A stretch of 47,867 nt of DNA, from NCBI GenBank assembly GCA_036826135.1, contig DAISWY010000001.1, positions 1 through 47,867 of the forward strand, read 5' to 3'. Of the stretch, positions 38,418 to 47,867 are shown piece by piece. Source of the stretch: Gemmatimonadaceae bacterium. GTDB taxonomy: Bacteria; Gemmatimonadota; Gemmatimonadetes; Gemmatimonadales; Gemmatimonadaceae. Position 1 is the stretch's first letter; each line of letters begins with the position of its first letter. A program made the position numbers and the translations under genes. Below the pieces are notes generated by a model that had not been told where the DNA came from, made no database searches, and saw only the letters and a program-made list of their open reading frames with translations.

Positions 38418-39071
38418 CTACGCGCCTCGACCGACCGAGACCAGCAGCGCGGTGGCTGAGATCAGTGCGCCGACGACCACGCTGGAATATTGGTCCCACC
38501 ACGACCGGCGGCCGACGAACACTTCGTCCCCCGACACGATGTCGAGCGCCGTCAGCTTCGCCTCGGCCGGAGCTCGCTCGAAGATGAGGCGGCCCTCCCG
38601 CAACACCCGAAGACGCCGGATGTCCCCTTCCGGTGACACGCCCTCCGCCGCCGCGATGACGCCCGCGAGCGACGCAAAGGGATCCACAAGGTGAATGCCG
38701 GGGCGGTTCACGTGCCCCAAAACGGTCACCCGCCGCTTGGGCCAAAACTCGACCATCGGCCGACGCAACTGTTGCGCATACAACACGCGGAGCGAGTCAC
38801 TGAGGAGACGCCACGGGACGCCGGCGACGTGGAGCTCCCCGAGCAACGGCAGGACCACGATGCCGCGCTCGCTGACCATATACCCGCCCTCCATCTTCAG
38901 AGCGGGATCGACGCTCCGCACATCAATGACGTCCCCCGGCCGCAGCACCAGCGCGGCAACGTCCGGGTCCTGAGCGCCTGCGGGCCACGCAAGCACAGCG
39001 AGTAGCGCGAGCACCCCCGCACCTCGGAGCGCTCGCGATGACCAGATGGACGACCACCGGTACCAAACCAT
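38418..39071 (-). CDS. Short polysaccharide export protein (Poly_export + SLBB, OPX/Wza-like)
   Basis: LRPGDVIDV, GIVVLPLLGELHVAG, VTVLGHVNRPG, SGDEVFV and a C-terminal hydrophobic helix; SPase I-type signal; start set to ATG 39071. Confidence 0.85.
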   Translation of the reverse strand: MVWYRWSSIWSSRALRGAGVLALLAVLAWPAGAQDPDVAALVLRPGDVIDVRSVDPALKMEGGYMVSERGIVVLPLLGELHVAGVPWRLLSDSLRVLYAQQLRRPMVEFWPKRRVTVLGHVNRPGIHLVDPFASLAGVIAAAEGVSPEGDIRRLRVLREGRLIFERAPAEAKLTALDIVSGDEVFVGRRSWWDQYSSVVVGALISATALLVSVGRGA

Positions 39072-39278
39072 TGGGCTAAGGTAATCACACGGACGACCAC
39101 ATCGCCAACGCAACGCCCGAGGCAACACCTGGCGGATGGAGGAACGCGAGTAGCGTAGCTGGAGAGTTATCCCGACGGCGTGTGGCGGTTGTCCGCACGC
39201 CTCGTTGCTCGTATTCTTTATTGAGGTCTCTCCCCCGCGACGCGACCTTCCCGTGCTCAACCCCAGCACCTTCTCCTG

Positions 39279-40337
39279 ATGGCATCGCCGGCGCCTTCTC
39301 TCCCGAATTCCATTGATCTCGCTCGCGCCGTCGGCCCGATGTCGCTCGGGTCACAGCCGGGAGCCGTCATCGTTGTCGGTCGCGAGGCGGACATTCCGCG
39401 CGCGCTCGAACACCCTGCGCTGACGGCCGGGAGTCGCGTGCGGGTCGCGGGCATCGTCTCGGTCGACCCGGAGTCCGAGGACGCAGCGGCGACCGCACGG
39501 GCCCTCGCCGACCTGCTTCGCCAGGCTGATGCTGGGCTCATTCTGGTCGCTGGCCCAGTCGGCACCTCTGTGATGCGCGTCATCTCGGACGCTGCACTCC
39601 TCAATCGGTGTGGCCTGCTCGCAGTCATGCCAAGCGAAGTCGTAGCCGGTCACGACCCCGTCATCGTGTGGGCGGGCGAGCGTCCACTCGTCCAGTTGCA
39701 GGCCGCCGGTCGTCCCACGTGGCAATTCGCGGTCAAGCGAGCCCTCGACCTGGTCTGTGCGGCCGTCGGGCTTGTGGTGCTGGCGCCTCTCTTCGTGCTC
39801 ACCGCCGTGCTCCTGCGATTGGATTCCCGGGGACCCATTTTCTTCCGCCACCAGCGCGTGGGCTTCCGGGGAACCGTCTTTAGCTGCCTTAAGTTCCGGA
39901 CGATGGTGTCCGACGCCGAGGCGCGCCTCACCACGGACACGGCACTGGCGGCAACGTATCGGCGCAACAACTTCCGGGTGCCTGACGACCTCGACCCGCG
40001 TGTGACTCGTCTCGGTCGGATCCTCCGCCGGACCTCGCTCGACGAACTGCCACAGCTCATCAACGTCCTTCGAGGCGAGATGAGCCTGGTAGGCCCGAGA
40101 CCAGTCGTGGCGGAGGAGCTGAGTCATTTCTTGGGCGCGGAACGGATGCTCCTCTCGATGCGGCCCGGCATGACCGGACGGTGGGCGGTGTCCGGGCGCC
40201 ACTCGGTGGCCTACCCGGCGCGCGCTGCGATGGAGTTGACCTACGTCCGCGAGTGGTCGCTCGTGCACGACGTCGAGATTTTGGCGAAAACCGCGGGTGC
40301 CGTCCTGCAGTACGGCACCCGAGCCGACCTCAACTAA
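39279..40337 (+). CDS. Priming phosphoglycosyltransferase (WbaP/WcaJ-like sugar transferase)
   Basis: KRALDL, DSRGPIFFRHQRVG, KFRTM, DPRVTRLGRILRRTSLDELPQLINVLRGEMSLVGPRP, PGMTG. Confidence 0.94.
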   Translation: MASPAPSLPNSIDLARAVGPMSLGSQPGAVIVVGREADIPRALEHPALTAGSRVRVAGIVSVDPESEDAAATARALADLLRQADAGLILVAGPVGTSVMRVISDAALLNRCGLLAVMPSEVVAGHDPVIVWAGERPLVQLQAAGRPTWQFAVKRALDLVCAAVGLVVLAPLFVLTAVLLRLDSRGPIFFRHQRVGFRGTVFSCLKFRTMVSDAEARLTTDTALAATYRRNNFRVPDDLDPRVTRLGRILRRTSLDELPQLINVLRGEMSLVGPRPVVAEELSHFLGAERMLLSMRPGMTGRWAVSGRHSVAYPARAAMELTYVREWSLVHDVEILAKTAGAVLQYGTRADLN

Positions 40338-40342
40338 CCCCC

Positions 40343-42871
40343 ATGCGTGCCATCTCTCCTGTGCGCACCGCGCTGATCGGCGCGGCGCTTGTCTTGTTCC
40401 CCGCACTGCTCCGAGCGCAGGGCGGGTTACCCAATGCGGCGCAGGCGCAGGCCATGTTGCAGTCGCGCCCGGAGCTGGCGACGCAGTTGCGTCAGCGGGT
40501 CATCAGCAGCGGAATGACGCCGGAGCAGATCCGAGCGCGACTCCGGGCGCAGGGCTACCCCGAGAACTTCCTCGATTCCTATCTCGGCGGCATGCCAGCC
40601 GGCAGCGGCGGCTCTCCGTCTGAGGATGAGCTCACCGCATTCCAGCGCCTTGGCCTGACGGGAGCGGAGGATGATGCCGCCCTCCGCACGATGTTGCGGT
40701 CAGGAGAGGACTCTGCCGGCCCGGCCCTTCGGCTGGCACCGATGGTCCGCGATGACACCACGCAGCGCGCCGAGAGTGACAGCGCGGCCTACCGCCTCTT
40801 CGGCCTCGAGACGTTCCTGAACACCTCGAGCCAATTCCTGCCGACCGTCGACGGGCCGGTCGACGCGAACTATCGCCTCGGTCCTGGCGACCAGCTCGTG
40901 CTGATCCTCACGGGCGAGGTCGAACTGGCGCATGCGCTGGATGTCGCGCGCGAGGGCTTCGTGGTCATCCCGCAGGTGGGACAGCTGAGCGTCGCGGGAC
41001 TGACGATGACGCAGCTCGAGAACCTCCTCTACAGCCGTCTCTCGCGGAGCTATTCTGGGGTGCGCCGCGGCGCCGATGCGCCGACGCGATTCTCTATCAG
41101 CGTCACGAAGCTCCGGACGATCCAGGTCTTCGTCACGGGTGCCGTCGCGCGCCCCGCCAGCTACCGTGTCTCAAGTGCCGCCACGGCGATGACGGCGCTG
41201 TACGCCGCCGGCGGTCCGACGGAGGCCGGCACCCTTCGGAACATCGTGGTGCGGCGTGGCGGTCGGGTCGTCGCCTCACTGGACGCCTACGATTATCTCC
41301 TGCGAGGGGACAACGGCAACGACCCGCGCTTGGAAAATGGGGATCTCGTGTTCGTGGCCCCGCATGGCCCTCGCGTTCGCGTCGCCGGTGAGGTGATCCG
41401 CCCCGCGACGTACGAACTCAAGGCCGGCGAGGGGGTCCGCGACGCCATCGTCGCGGCGGGCGGATTCCGCCCGACCGCGATGACCTCGCGCGTCCTTGTC
41501 TCGCGCATCATTCCTGGTGGTGACCCCGGCCGCGCCCGCGCGACCATCGATGTGCGGGTGCCCGCGGGACGCGTCGAAGATCTGCCCGCGATGCCGCTTC
41601 TCGGCGGTGACGAAGTTCGCGTGTTGCCCATCGATGATCGGGTCCGGATGCGCATCAGGGTCGACGGACATGTCTGGGCGCCGGGGCCCCAAGGCTACCG
41701 GTCGGGGCTCACGTTGAGCGCCGCCCTTCGAGCCGCCGGTGGGCTCAAGCCTGACGCTTATCTCGGGCAGGTCGCGATCCGGCGCCTGCAATCGGATTCA
41801 ACCCGGATTCAGCTGCGGGCGATGGTCCGCGACACGACCGGCGCAGTCGTCGAGGACCTCCCGCTTCAAGAGGATGATGAAATCACCGTCTACTCTCTCA
41901 CGGAGTTCCGGCCCGAGCGGTACGTGGCCATCGGCGGCTCCGTGAAGCGGAGTGGGCGGTATCCCTATCGGGAGCGTATGACCATCCGGGACCTCGTGCT
42001 CGAGGCGGGGGGGCTGACCGAGGGAGCGTACCTCCAAGAGGCGGAAATCGCGCGCGTTCCATCCGACCGGTCGAACGGCGTCACTGCTACTACGCGCCGC
42101 GTTGCACTGGACTCGAGCTACGTGGCGGACGGCCCGCCACCGACTGGCCCTGGGGAGTTGCTGGAGCCATTTGACAACGTGCTCATCATGCAGAGTCCGG
42201 ATTACCTCCCGCCGCGTTCCGTGGTCGTGAGCGGGGAGGTACGGTTTCCGGGGCGATACACCTTGCGCACGAAATCCGAGCGCCTGTCGGACCTTCTGGT
42301 GCGAGCTGGTGGCCCAACCACGGATGCGGATCTGGGTGCGGCGTACTTCGCGCGAGCCAAAGCGCTCCAATCGTTCCAGGCAAGTGAGGGTCGCGAGAGT
42401 GTCGACTCCATGGTTCAAAAGCAACAGACCGTGGAGCGCGGACGGGTTGGAGTCGACCTACCGGTGGCGCTCCGCCGGCCTGGGTCCTCGGACGACCTAA
42501 CGCTGTTCGCCGAGGACTCGCTTCACGTCCCGTTTCGCCGCACCACGGTAGAGATTGAGGGTGCGGTGAACGCGCCGACGGCAATCGCGAGCCGCCGAGG
42601 CGCAAGCATCGATTACTACGTGCGCGCCGCCGGCGGCGCATCGATCACCGGCGACGCGCGCCGCGTGTACGTTATTCAGCCGAATGGGAAGATCGAGGCC
42701 CCCCGACGCATCGCCGGGCTCATCCCCGTCAGGCCGACCCCTCGCCCTGGCTCAACGGTTGTCGTTCCGGCGCGGTCGACCGAAAATCGCACGCAGGAAC
42801 GGATTGCGACCGCGCAGTTGCTCACCCAGTTGGTGACGTCAATCGTGACGGCATACGCCCTGCTTCGGTAG
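40343..42871 (+). CDS. Large multi-SLBB polysaccharide export protein (KpsD/Wza-like OPX)
   Basis: Signal MRAISPVRTALIGAALVLFPALLRA|Q; YRLGPGDQLVL, several SLBB repeats (GEVIRPATYEL, GSVKRSGRY, GEVRFPGRY) and PGSTVVVP before a C-terminal helix. Confidence 0.92.
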   Translation: MRAISPVRTALIGAALVLFPALLRAQGGLPNAAQAQAMLQSRPELATQLRQRVISSGMTPEQIRARLRAQGYPENFLDSYLGGMPAGSGGSPSEDELTAFQRLGLTGAEDDAALRTMLRSGEDSAGPALRLAPMVRDDTTQRAESDSAAYRLFGLETFLNTSSQFLPTVDGPVDANYRLGPGDQLVLILTGEVELAHALDVAREGFVVIPQVGQLSVAGLTMTQLENLLYSRLSRSYSGVRRGADAPTRFSISVTKLRTIQVFVTGAVARPASYRVSSAATAMTALYAAGGPTEAGTLRNIVVRRGGRVVASLDAYDYLLRGDNGNDPRLENGDLVFVAPHGPRVRVAGEVIRPATYELKAGEGVRDAIVAAGGFRPTAMTSRVLVSRIIPGGDPGRARATIDVRVPAGRVEDLPAMPLLGGDEVRVLPIDDRVRMRIRVDGHVWAPGPQGYRSGLTLSAALRAAGGLKPDAYLGQVAIRRLQSDSTRIQLRAMVRDTTGAVVEDLPLQEDDEITVYSLTEFRPERYVAIGGSVKRSGRYPYRERMTIRDLVLEAGGLTEGAYLQEAEIARVPSDRSNGVTATTRRVALDSSYVADGPPPTGPGELLEPFDNVLIMQSPDYLPPRSVVVSGEVRFPGRYTLRTKSERLSDLLVRAGGPTTDADLGAAYFARAKALQSFQASEGRESVDSMVQKQQTVERGRVGVDLPVALRRPGSSDDLTLFAEDSLHVPFRRTTVEIEGAVNAPTAIASRRGASIDYYVRAAGGASITGDARRVYVIQPNGKIEAPRRIAGLIPVRPTPRPGSTVVVPARSTENRTQERIATAQLLTQLVTSIVTAYALLR

Positions 42872-42876
42872 CTCGC

Positions 42877-43773
42877 TTACCGGGCCACGGCGCCGCGAAG
42901 TATCGCGGACGCCCGTGCCCGGTCGGCGTGAAGCACGTAGCGAACGAAGTGAACGAGACGCGAGGCGGCGAACCAGATGGTGAACGCCGCCCGCTCCCAC
43001 CATCGGTAGTGTTCCCGGACCATCCGGCGCCGATTCCGGTCGCGCAGGACGATCTTGTGTGGTGCGATCACCGGTTCAGGAAACGGGACCTTGTGCACCA
43101 GCCGAGCCCCCGGCACGAACAGCAGCTGCCATCCCGCGCGTCGGTACCGGAGGCTGAGCTCGACGTCCTCTCCGTACATGAAGTATCCCGCTCGAAAACC
43201 GCCCTCGCGCCGCAGCGCCTCGGCGCGAAATGCGATGCAGCAGCCCGACAGGCACCCGGTCACCTCAGTGCCGGCGGACGACCAGGTGTCCACGAGCTGC
43301 CCGGCCGCCAGATGACGACCCGTGCCACGCACGATGGAGAGCGCCCCCCCTCCCCACCAGATGCGTGCGGGCGTGCCCTCGTAGAGCATCAGCGGCGCCG
43401 CGGCCGCGGCCCGAGGATTCGCCTGTAGCGCCTCCACGAGACGCCGGAGGGCGTCGGGATCGATCTCGGTATCGTCGTTAAGCTCGACGATCCAGCGCAC
43501 GCCGTCCGCGAGGGCTGCGTCGATGCCGAGATTGTTGCCGCCGGCGAACCCTAGGTTCTCCTCGGATCGGATCAGTGCGGCACCGAATCGCCCGGCGAGC
43601 TCGTGAATCGCGGCCCGGGTCGCCTCGGGTGAGGCGTTGTCGATTACCAGGATACGGAGATCGACCCCCTCACTCCGCCGGAGGGCAGCCAGGCAGGCCT
43701 CGACGTGATGCGGCGACCCGTGCGTGACAACAATCGCCGAGACCGTGGGCCGTTCGTCGCGCGCGTCGGACAT
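42877..43773 (-). CDS. Glycosyltransferase family 2 (WbbL-like)
   Basis: VIDNAS, NLGFAGGNN, LNDD, SGCC, YFMYGEDVELSLR. Confidence 0.92.
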   Translation of the reverse strand: MSDARDERPTVSAIVVTHGSPHHVEACLAALRRSEGVDLRILVIDNASPEATRAAIHELAGRFGAALIRSEENLGFAGGNNLGIDAALADGVRWIVELNDDTEIDPDALRRLVEALQANPRAAAAAPLMLYEGTPARIWWGGGALSIVRGTGRHLAAGQLVDTWSSAGTEVTGCLSGCCIAFRAEALRREGGFRAGYFMYGEDVELSLRYRRAGWQLLFVPGARLVHKVPFPEPVIAPHKIVLRDRNRRRMVREHYRWWERAAFTIWFAASRLVHFVRYVLHADRARASAILRGAVAR

Positions 43774-43808
43774 CTTCTACCCTAACCCAACGCGCCGCCC
43801 TGTCGCCA

Positions 43809-45029
43809 GTGGAGGAGCCACCTGTACCTTTCGACGTGCGTCCACTCGCCCGTCAACTTCCGGCCTACACCATCGCGCATGGCGTGGGGATCTTGGCGCC
43901 ACTGGTCACCCTGCCCTATCTCACGCGCGTGCTCGGGGCGGACGGCTGGGCGCCAGTGGTCATCGCCCAGGGCCTTGTCGCGCTTGGTGTCACCGGCCTC
44001 GACTTCGGCTTCGACCTCACGGGCCCCCGGGACCTGTCGGATGCCGCGCCGGAGCATCGACCGGCCATCATCGCCGCCGTCACGGGTGGGAAACTGCTGC
44101 TTGCCCCCATCGTCCTCATCGCGGTCCTGCTCCTGACGGTCGCCAGTCGCGTTCACATGCCCTGGACGCTGCGAGCGGCCACCCTCGCGTGCGTCCTCGC
44201 GAAGGGGCTCACGCCGCTCTGGGTGTTCCAAGGGCTCGAACGTGCCAATATCGCGTTGACGATCGAGACGGCCGGCCGGATCGTCGCGGCCGCGCTGGTC
44301 TTTGTCTGCGTGCGCACACCCGCTGACGGCCCCTGGGTGATGCTCACCCAGGCCGCCACACTCGCCGTCGTCGCCGCCATCCAGTGGGGGTTGCTCCGCA
44401 CGCATCTCACGCCCGGCCGCGTGGCACTCCGATCGTCGTGGCACCAGATCCGGCATTCAGCGCACGCCTTCGGGATTCGCGGGGCGGCCGCACTCTATCA
44501 GCACCTGAACCCGCTGCTGGTGGCCGTCCTGGGGTCCCCCGCCGCGGTGGTCGCATTCGGCGGAGCCGAACGAATCGTGCGCGCCGGCATCAATCTCTAC
44601 CTCCCCATCACCCAGGCGCTGCTGCCACGCGCCCGCCGCACCCCCGTCACGGTGGTCAGCACGGGTGCGTGGCTCATCGGTGGCGTCGGCCTGCTGCTGG
44701 CGTCCACCTGCTGGATTGCGGCGGGACCTCTGGTGCGCGTCATCCTCGGGCCAGGATTCGAGTCGGCGATCCCGTTGGTGCGCGGGCTGGCGAGTCTCCC
44801 CATCGCCATCGCGATCGGGACCGTGCTCGGGCTCCTCTGGGCGGTGCCATCCGGGCGCGAGCGTGCCTTCTTCCACCTCGTCCTCGGTGCCGCTGGCGCG
44901 GCACTGACCACGGCAATCCTCGCGATCCCCCGACTCGGCGCCGCGGGGATGGTCGCCGGCGTCCTCGTCGCCGAGTGGCTCGTCGCCCTCGGACTGTTCA
45001 CGATGTACCGACGCGAGCGCGCTCGATGA
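43809..45029 (+). CDS. Wzx-like oligosaccharide flippase
   Basis: PLVTLPYLTRVLG, DFGFDLTG, WVFQGLE, AERIVRA; about 11-12 hydrophobic segments. Confidence 0.9.
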   Translation: MEEPPVPFDVRPLARQLPAYTIAHGVGILAPLVTLPYLTRVLGADGWAPVVIAQGLVALGVTGLDFGFDLTGPRDLSDAAPEHRPAIIAAVTGGKLLLAPIVLIAVLLLTVASRVHMPWTLRAATLACVLAKGLTPLWVFQGLERANIALTIETAGRIVAAALVFVCVRTPADGPWVMLTQAATLAVVAAIQWGLLRTHLTPGRVALRSSWHQIRHSAHAFGIRGAAALYQHLNPLLVAVLGSPAAVVAFGGAERIVRAGINLYLPITQALLPRARRTPVTVVSTGAWLIGGVGLLLASTCWIAAGPLVRVILGPGFESAIPLVRGLASLPIAIAIGTVLGLLWAVPSGRERAFFHLVLGAAGAALTTAILAIPRLGAAGMVAGVLVAEWLVALGLFTMYRRERAR

Positions 45030-46000
45030 TGGTCCAACCCCACGAGATCATCGACATCGTCTGCTCCGCGCGGGATGCCGCGCCGTTCATCCAGCAGACG
45101 CTCGAGAGCGTACAGGCGCAGACGCACCGAGACTGGCGCCTCTGGTTCCGCGACGATGCCTCCTCCGACGGCACGGCGGAGATTGTCCGCGCGGCGGCGG
45201 TACACGACCCGCGCATCTCGCTGCTGCATGCCGGCGCACCGAACCTGGGCGTGAACGGCGGCTACGCCTGGCTCCTGGACCACCTGCCACCGACGACGCG
45301 CTGGGTCGCGTGCATCGACGCGGACGACCTGTGGGACCCGTCACGTCTGGCGCACACCCTCGAGGTCGCACGTCGCGCAACCGCACAGATCGGCGATGCG
45401 CGTCCGCTGCTTGTCCACAGCGACGCGCAGCTGATCGACGCCGAGAACCGATTGATCGCCCCTTCATATTGGACGCGAATGGGGCTCCAGCCTGAACCGA
45501 CCGACCTTGCGCGACTCGTCATCCAAAACGTCGCGACCAACTCGACCCTGCTCTTCAACCGCGCCCTCTTGGAGCGGCTACGCCCGATGCCCGCGCTGGG
45601 TCCATCGTCACCGGACTGGTGGATCGCCCTGACGGCGGCGGCGTTCGGCGAGCTGATTGCCATCCATACGCCGCTGATGGGATATCGCCAGCACGCGACG
45701 AACGATGTCGGCGCGACCGAGGGGCCCGTGCGCGGGCCGAAAGATGCACTCCGACGGCTCGGCCGATTCCACGCGGTGGCGCCCCGCGTTCGCCGTGACC
45801 TCGACAAGCTCTGTCGCCAGGCGCGTGCCTTTGCGGAGCGTCACCGTGAGGACCTCCCACCGGAGATGGTGCACTGGCTCGAGCGCCTCGGAGGAATTCC
45901 GGCGGCGCCGTGGCTCGTTCGCAAAATCCTAATCGCGCGGTATCGCCTCCGTCAGGAACATGGGTGGCTGCGAAATCTCGGTGTGCTGTGGCGCGGATGA
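45026..46000 (+). CDS. Glycosyltransferase family 2 (rhamnosyltransferase-like)
   Basis: RDDASSDGT, CIDADDLW, LLVHSDAQLID, DWWIAL, YRQHATN; ATGA overlap with wzx. Confidence 0.9.
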   Translation: MMVQPHEIIDIVCSARDAAPFIQQTLESVQAQTHRDWRLWFRDDASSDGTAEIVRAAAVHDPRISLLHAGAPNLGVNGGYAWLLDHLPPTTRWVACIDADDLWDPSRLAHTLEVARRATAQIGDARPLLVHSDAQLIDAENRLIAPSYWTRMGLQPEPTDLARLVIQNVATNSTLLFNRALLERLRPMPALGPSSPDWWIALTAAAFGELIAIHTPLMGYRQHATNDVGATEGPVRGPKDALRRLGRFHAVAPRVRRDLDKLCRQARAFAERHREDLPPEMVHWLERLGGIPAAPWLVRKILIARYRLRQEHGWLRNLGVLWRG

Positions 46001-47292
46001 TGCATTCTGCCAGGCCACTCGGTCAGGACACCGAGGTCTCGCAGGCCGTCGCCTCGGACGACATGCCTCCGTTGCCGCGCTGGGTCGGCTGGTCGCTGAC
46101 GCTCTGGGTGGCGCTCCTCGCCGCGGACCGGATCGACCTCGCTGGCGGTAACGCCCCCATCGTGCTGACGCCCTTCTACCTCCTCACACCGCTCGTCATC
46201 CTTGGCGGCTGGCAGGCGCGCCGTCGGGGCGTCACTGGCGATGCGCGGCGGAACCTGGACGCCTACAGCACGCTCGTGGCCGCGCTCGTCGCCGTGGCGG
46301 CTCTCTCCATCGTCCGAAGCGCGGATGTGACGACCTCGCTTGGGCGCCTCGCCCTGCTCATCGCGATGGCCGTCGGGACCCTCCTCGTCGCACAGTTAGC
46401 GGTGGTGACTCCATCCGCATCGGCAGCCATCTCCCGCGGAGCGCGACTCGGCCTTGCCCTGGCCGCGGTGTTCGGCCTGCTCGAGCTCTTCGCGTTCGTG
46501 CAGGTGCTGCCCGAGGTGTGGGCCGTCGGGCCGGTGACCATTCGGCTCGACACCGCACCCTATGCGGGCATCGTCCCTCGGCTCTCGGGGCTGACGTCCG
46601 ATGCCAACCGGGCTGGGCTGGCGAGCCTGATTCATCTCGCGCTCATTCGGCGGCATCCCGCACCCACTGCGCGCCGTGGATGGACGTCGCTCGCAGGGGT
46701 CCTGATCCTCCTGACTCTGTCCCGAAGCGCCGTCCTCGCGGCTGCCATCGCGGCGGCCTACGTCTGGGCGCGACGCGGCGGCCGCATCGCCTGGGCATCG
46801 ACCGCGCTGCCGATGGGACTGCTCCTCCTGACGATCGCGAGCGTGGGGCTGATGCAACCCCGATGGTATCAGTCCACGACACGGTACCTCGCGCCACTCG
46901 CTGGCCGCCTCACCCTCGACGAGGGCTCCGCTCAGGATCACCTGCAGCTCGTCGAGCGAGGCGTGACTGCCGCAACGCGCTCCGTCCGTGGCACGCTGCT
47001 TGGAACGGGCTACGGCACGTCATTCCTGTTGCTGCGAGACCGCTTCGGGGCCAACCGGTATGGCAATTTCCACTCGCTCTACCTGACGCTCTGGGTGGAG
47101 AGCGGCATCGTCGCGCTCGCCGTGATGTTGGTGCTGCTCGTGCACGGCATGCGACGCCCGACCGCTTGGCGTGGTCCCTTGCTGGGCGTCCTCGGGTTCA
47201 ATTTCTTCTATCAATCGCATGTCGACCCCGCCTTCTGGCTACTCCTCGCACTGGCGTGGCTCGACCCTGCGACCGAGGCCGCCCGTGACTGA
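45997..47292 (+). CDS. Wzy polymerase/O-antigen ligase family membrane protein
   Basis: Multi-TM; RLSGLTSDAN, LTLSRSA, LGTGYG, HSLYLTLWVESG. Confidence 0.85.
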   Translation: MMHSARPLGQDTEVSQAVASDDMPPLPRWVGWSLTLWVALLAADRIDLAGGNAPIVLTPFYLLTPLVILGGWQARRRGVTGDARRNLDAYSTLVAALVAVAALSIVRSADVTTSLGRLALLIAMAVGTLLVAQLAVVTPSASAAISRGARLGLALAAVFGLLELFAFVQVLPEVWAVGPVTIRLDTAPYAGIVPRLSGLTSDANRAGLASLIHLALIRRHPAPTARRGWTSLAGVLILLTLSRSAVLAAAIAAAYVWARRGGRIAWASTALPMGLLLLTIASVGLMQPRWYQSTTRYLAPLAGRLTLDEGSAQDHLQLVERGVTAATRSVRGTLLGTGYGTSFLLLRDRFGANRYGNFHSLYLTLWVESGIVALAVMLVLLVHGMRRPTAWRGPLLGVLGFNFFYQSHVDPAFWLLLALAWLDPATEAARD

Positions 47293-47867
47293 GCCCGCCC
47301 GTCGACAGCGACGCCGCCGGTGGATGGCTGTGATGCTCGCGGTGCTCGCGTCCGCCGTGGGATGCGACGCCTTGTTGACGGACCCCGCCGCTCAGGGCCG
47401 GATTCGCATCGTGGCGCTCGATCGGCACGGGACTCCGCTCCCCGGCATCAGAGCGGAGCTCTTCCTCGGCTACCGCCGAATGGGGTACCTGGCGACCGAC
47501 CGGAGTGGGGTCGCGGATTACCGAGAGGTCCCCGAAGGGAACTATGGCGTGTACATGGTGCTCCCGCCGGAGTACGCGGGCTGGGACGAGCTCCGGGGTG
47601 GGAGCCGCGACGACTTCCGCGCCGGCATCGTGGTGCGGCCCGGCTTGGACACCACCCTGCATTTTGAATTCCTGCGCCGCGGCATCGGATCGGTCGTCGT
47701 GTGGGCCATCGACCAGGACTCCCTCGCCGTCCCCGAGCGCGAGGTGATCCTCTACTCCCCGAGAGGCGTCCTCGGCTTCGACACGACCGATGCCAGTGGG
47801 CGTGCGGAGTTCCCGAGCGTTGCCTTCGGCAACTACGGCGTGCGCGCGACGGCCCCCGACACGTTCC
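47285..47867 (+). CDS. Predicted lipoprotein with repeated prealbumin/carboxypeptidase-regulatory-like domains (runs off the window)
   Basis: Not in the ORF track (no stop codon). GTG 47285 gives VTEPARRQRRRRWMAVMLAVLASAVG|C (lipobox), then ..TDRSGVADYREVPEGNYGV.. and ..TDASGRAEFPSVAFGNYGV..; open to the window end. Confidence 0.75.
   Translation, partial: MTEPARRQRRRRWMAVMLAVLASAVGCDALLTDPAAQGRIRIVALDRHGTPLPGIRAELFLGYRRMGYLATDRSGVADYREVPEGNYGVYMVLPPEYAGWDELRGGSRDDFRAGIVVRPGLDTTLHFEFLRRGIGSVVVWAIDQDSLAVPEREVILYSPRGVLGFDTTDASGRAEFPSVAFGNYGVRATAPDTF

Noticed and set aside
38393..38420. Prophage or integrative element at tRNA-Val
   Set aside because: No integrase, phage genes or att duplication are visible in the window.

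Overview
High-GC bacterial chromosomal window; the gene content and order look like Gemmatimonadota (inference, not verified). Bases 1-34 kb are a dense, almost entirely minus-strand housekeeping tract, listed here by ascending coordinate: rny, a probable 6S RNA, zapA, a zapB-like gene, pheT, pheS, rplT, rpmI, infC, an MBL hydrolase, a DEDDh exonuclease, rex (the only plus-strand CDS), rsmA, an RsbU/RsbW/RsbV partner-switching trio, coaD, rsmD, recJ, a zinc-ribbon protein, dnaG, mutS2, yqeY, rpsU, a GT4, a HIT protein, rsmE, prmA, dnaJ, hrcA, hemW, dprA, obgE, asparaginase, cca, a GT9 and an EamA transporter. Bases 34-47.9 kb are envelope-related: heptose kinase, a small beta-barrel, an Ala-rich secreted protein, a barrel-TSP3-OmpA fusion, tRNA-Ile2(CAT), tRNA-Val(CAC) and the start of a Wzx/Wzy polysaccharide cluster with two OPX/SLBB exporters. 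The most notable unexplained signal is a set of five DnaA-box-like 9-mers written inside the 5' part of hemW, beside a strongly AT-rich intergenic patch, with no dnaA in the window (candidate oriC or DnaA-titration locus). Other highlights are a candidate 6S RNA, a candidate L20-type attenuator leader ahead of an AUC-initiated infC, a perfect Rex operator and recurrent leaderless-gene signatures. No CRISPR array, transposase, integrase or prophage was seen.
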